From positions 67,893,872-67,957,871 of the forward strand of contig NC_057718.1 in assembly GCF_004010195.1 (NCBI RefSeq): 64,000 nt of DNA. Direction: 5' to 3'. A program made the position numbers and the translations under genes. The notes beneath the pieces are model-generated. The model ran no database searches. It saw nothing but the letters and a program-made list of their open reading frames with translations, and was not told the origin of the DNA. Shown piece after piece: positions 63,790 to 64,000 of the stretch (its first letter is position 1; each line of letters begins with the position of its first letter). Source of the DNA: Chiloscyllium plagiosum (Eukaryota).

Positions 63790-64000
63790 AGGCCTCACCG
63801 AACTCCCCCCTACAAAGTTTGTTTCTTTTGTAAAGACAGAAGCAAAAAACTTATTTAGGGCTTCCCCTACCTCCTCAGTTTCAGCACATCAGCTTCCTCT
63901 ATCTCTATCCATTCCAGCATGCACACCTGCTCTTCGTTTACTACAAAGTTTATTTCTTTTGTAAAGACAGAAGCAACCTCCTCAGACTCCACACACAAGG
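63790..64000 (-). mobile_element. CR1 ORF2 fragment with local duplication
   Basis: tacaaagttt(g/a)tttcttttgtaaagacagaagcaa at 63811 and 63942; similar to CR1 sequence near 33170-33240. Confidence 0.55.

Noticed and set aside
1..64000. CRISPR array, operon or other prokaryotic system
   Set aside because: No regularly spaced repeat-spacer array or gene-dense coding; content is vertebrate retroelement DNA

Overview
This is eukaryotic, AT-rich, repeat-dominated DNA from a cartilaginous fish. The HE1-type tRNA SINEs with (TCTAA)n tails, CR1 LINEs and Deu-domain SINEs point to a shark, and a bamboo-shark-like genome is my inference. There are two N-gaps. I cannot recognise any intact host protein-coding gene, so the window looks intronic or intergenic, and nearly all longer ORFs are decayed retroelement frames or their antisense shadows. 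Contents: many CR1 LINE copies of different ages (two retain ORF1 esterase sequence), HE1-like and other tRNA SINEs, L2-, RTE- and other LINE remnants, a decayed Gypsy element, a probable ~0.93 kb solo LTR, a possible Tigger/pogo-like remnant, and at least four families of Penelope-like element (PLE) fragments. The most interesting signal is RNA-structural. About a dozen PLE-derived ends carry minimal hammerhead ribozyme motifs (CTGA(A/T)GA-stem II-GAAA-palindrome) with family-specific covarying stems. Several sit in short TSD-flanked insertions that start right at the ribozyme, or in fold-back elements; one has a perfect 78-bp inverted repeat carrying the ribozyme on both strands. Hammerheads in PLE ends are established biology, so the novelty is at most in this lineage-specific mini-element architecture. 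Two TE-poor islands and several exon-like segments are flagged at low confidence. Boundaries of old repeats are approximate, read by eye.
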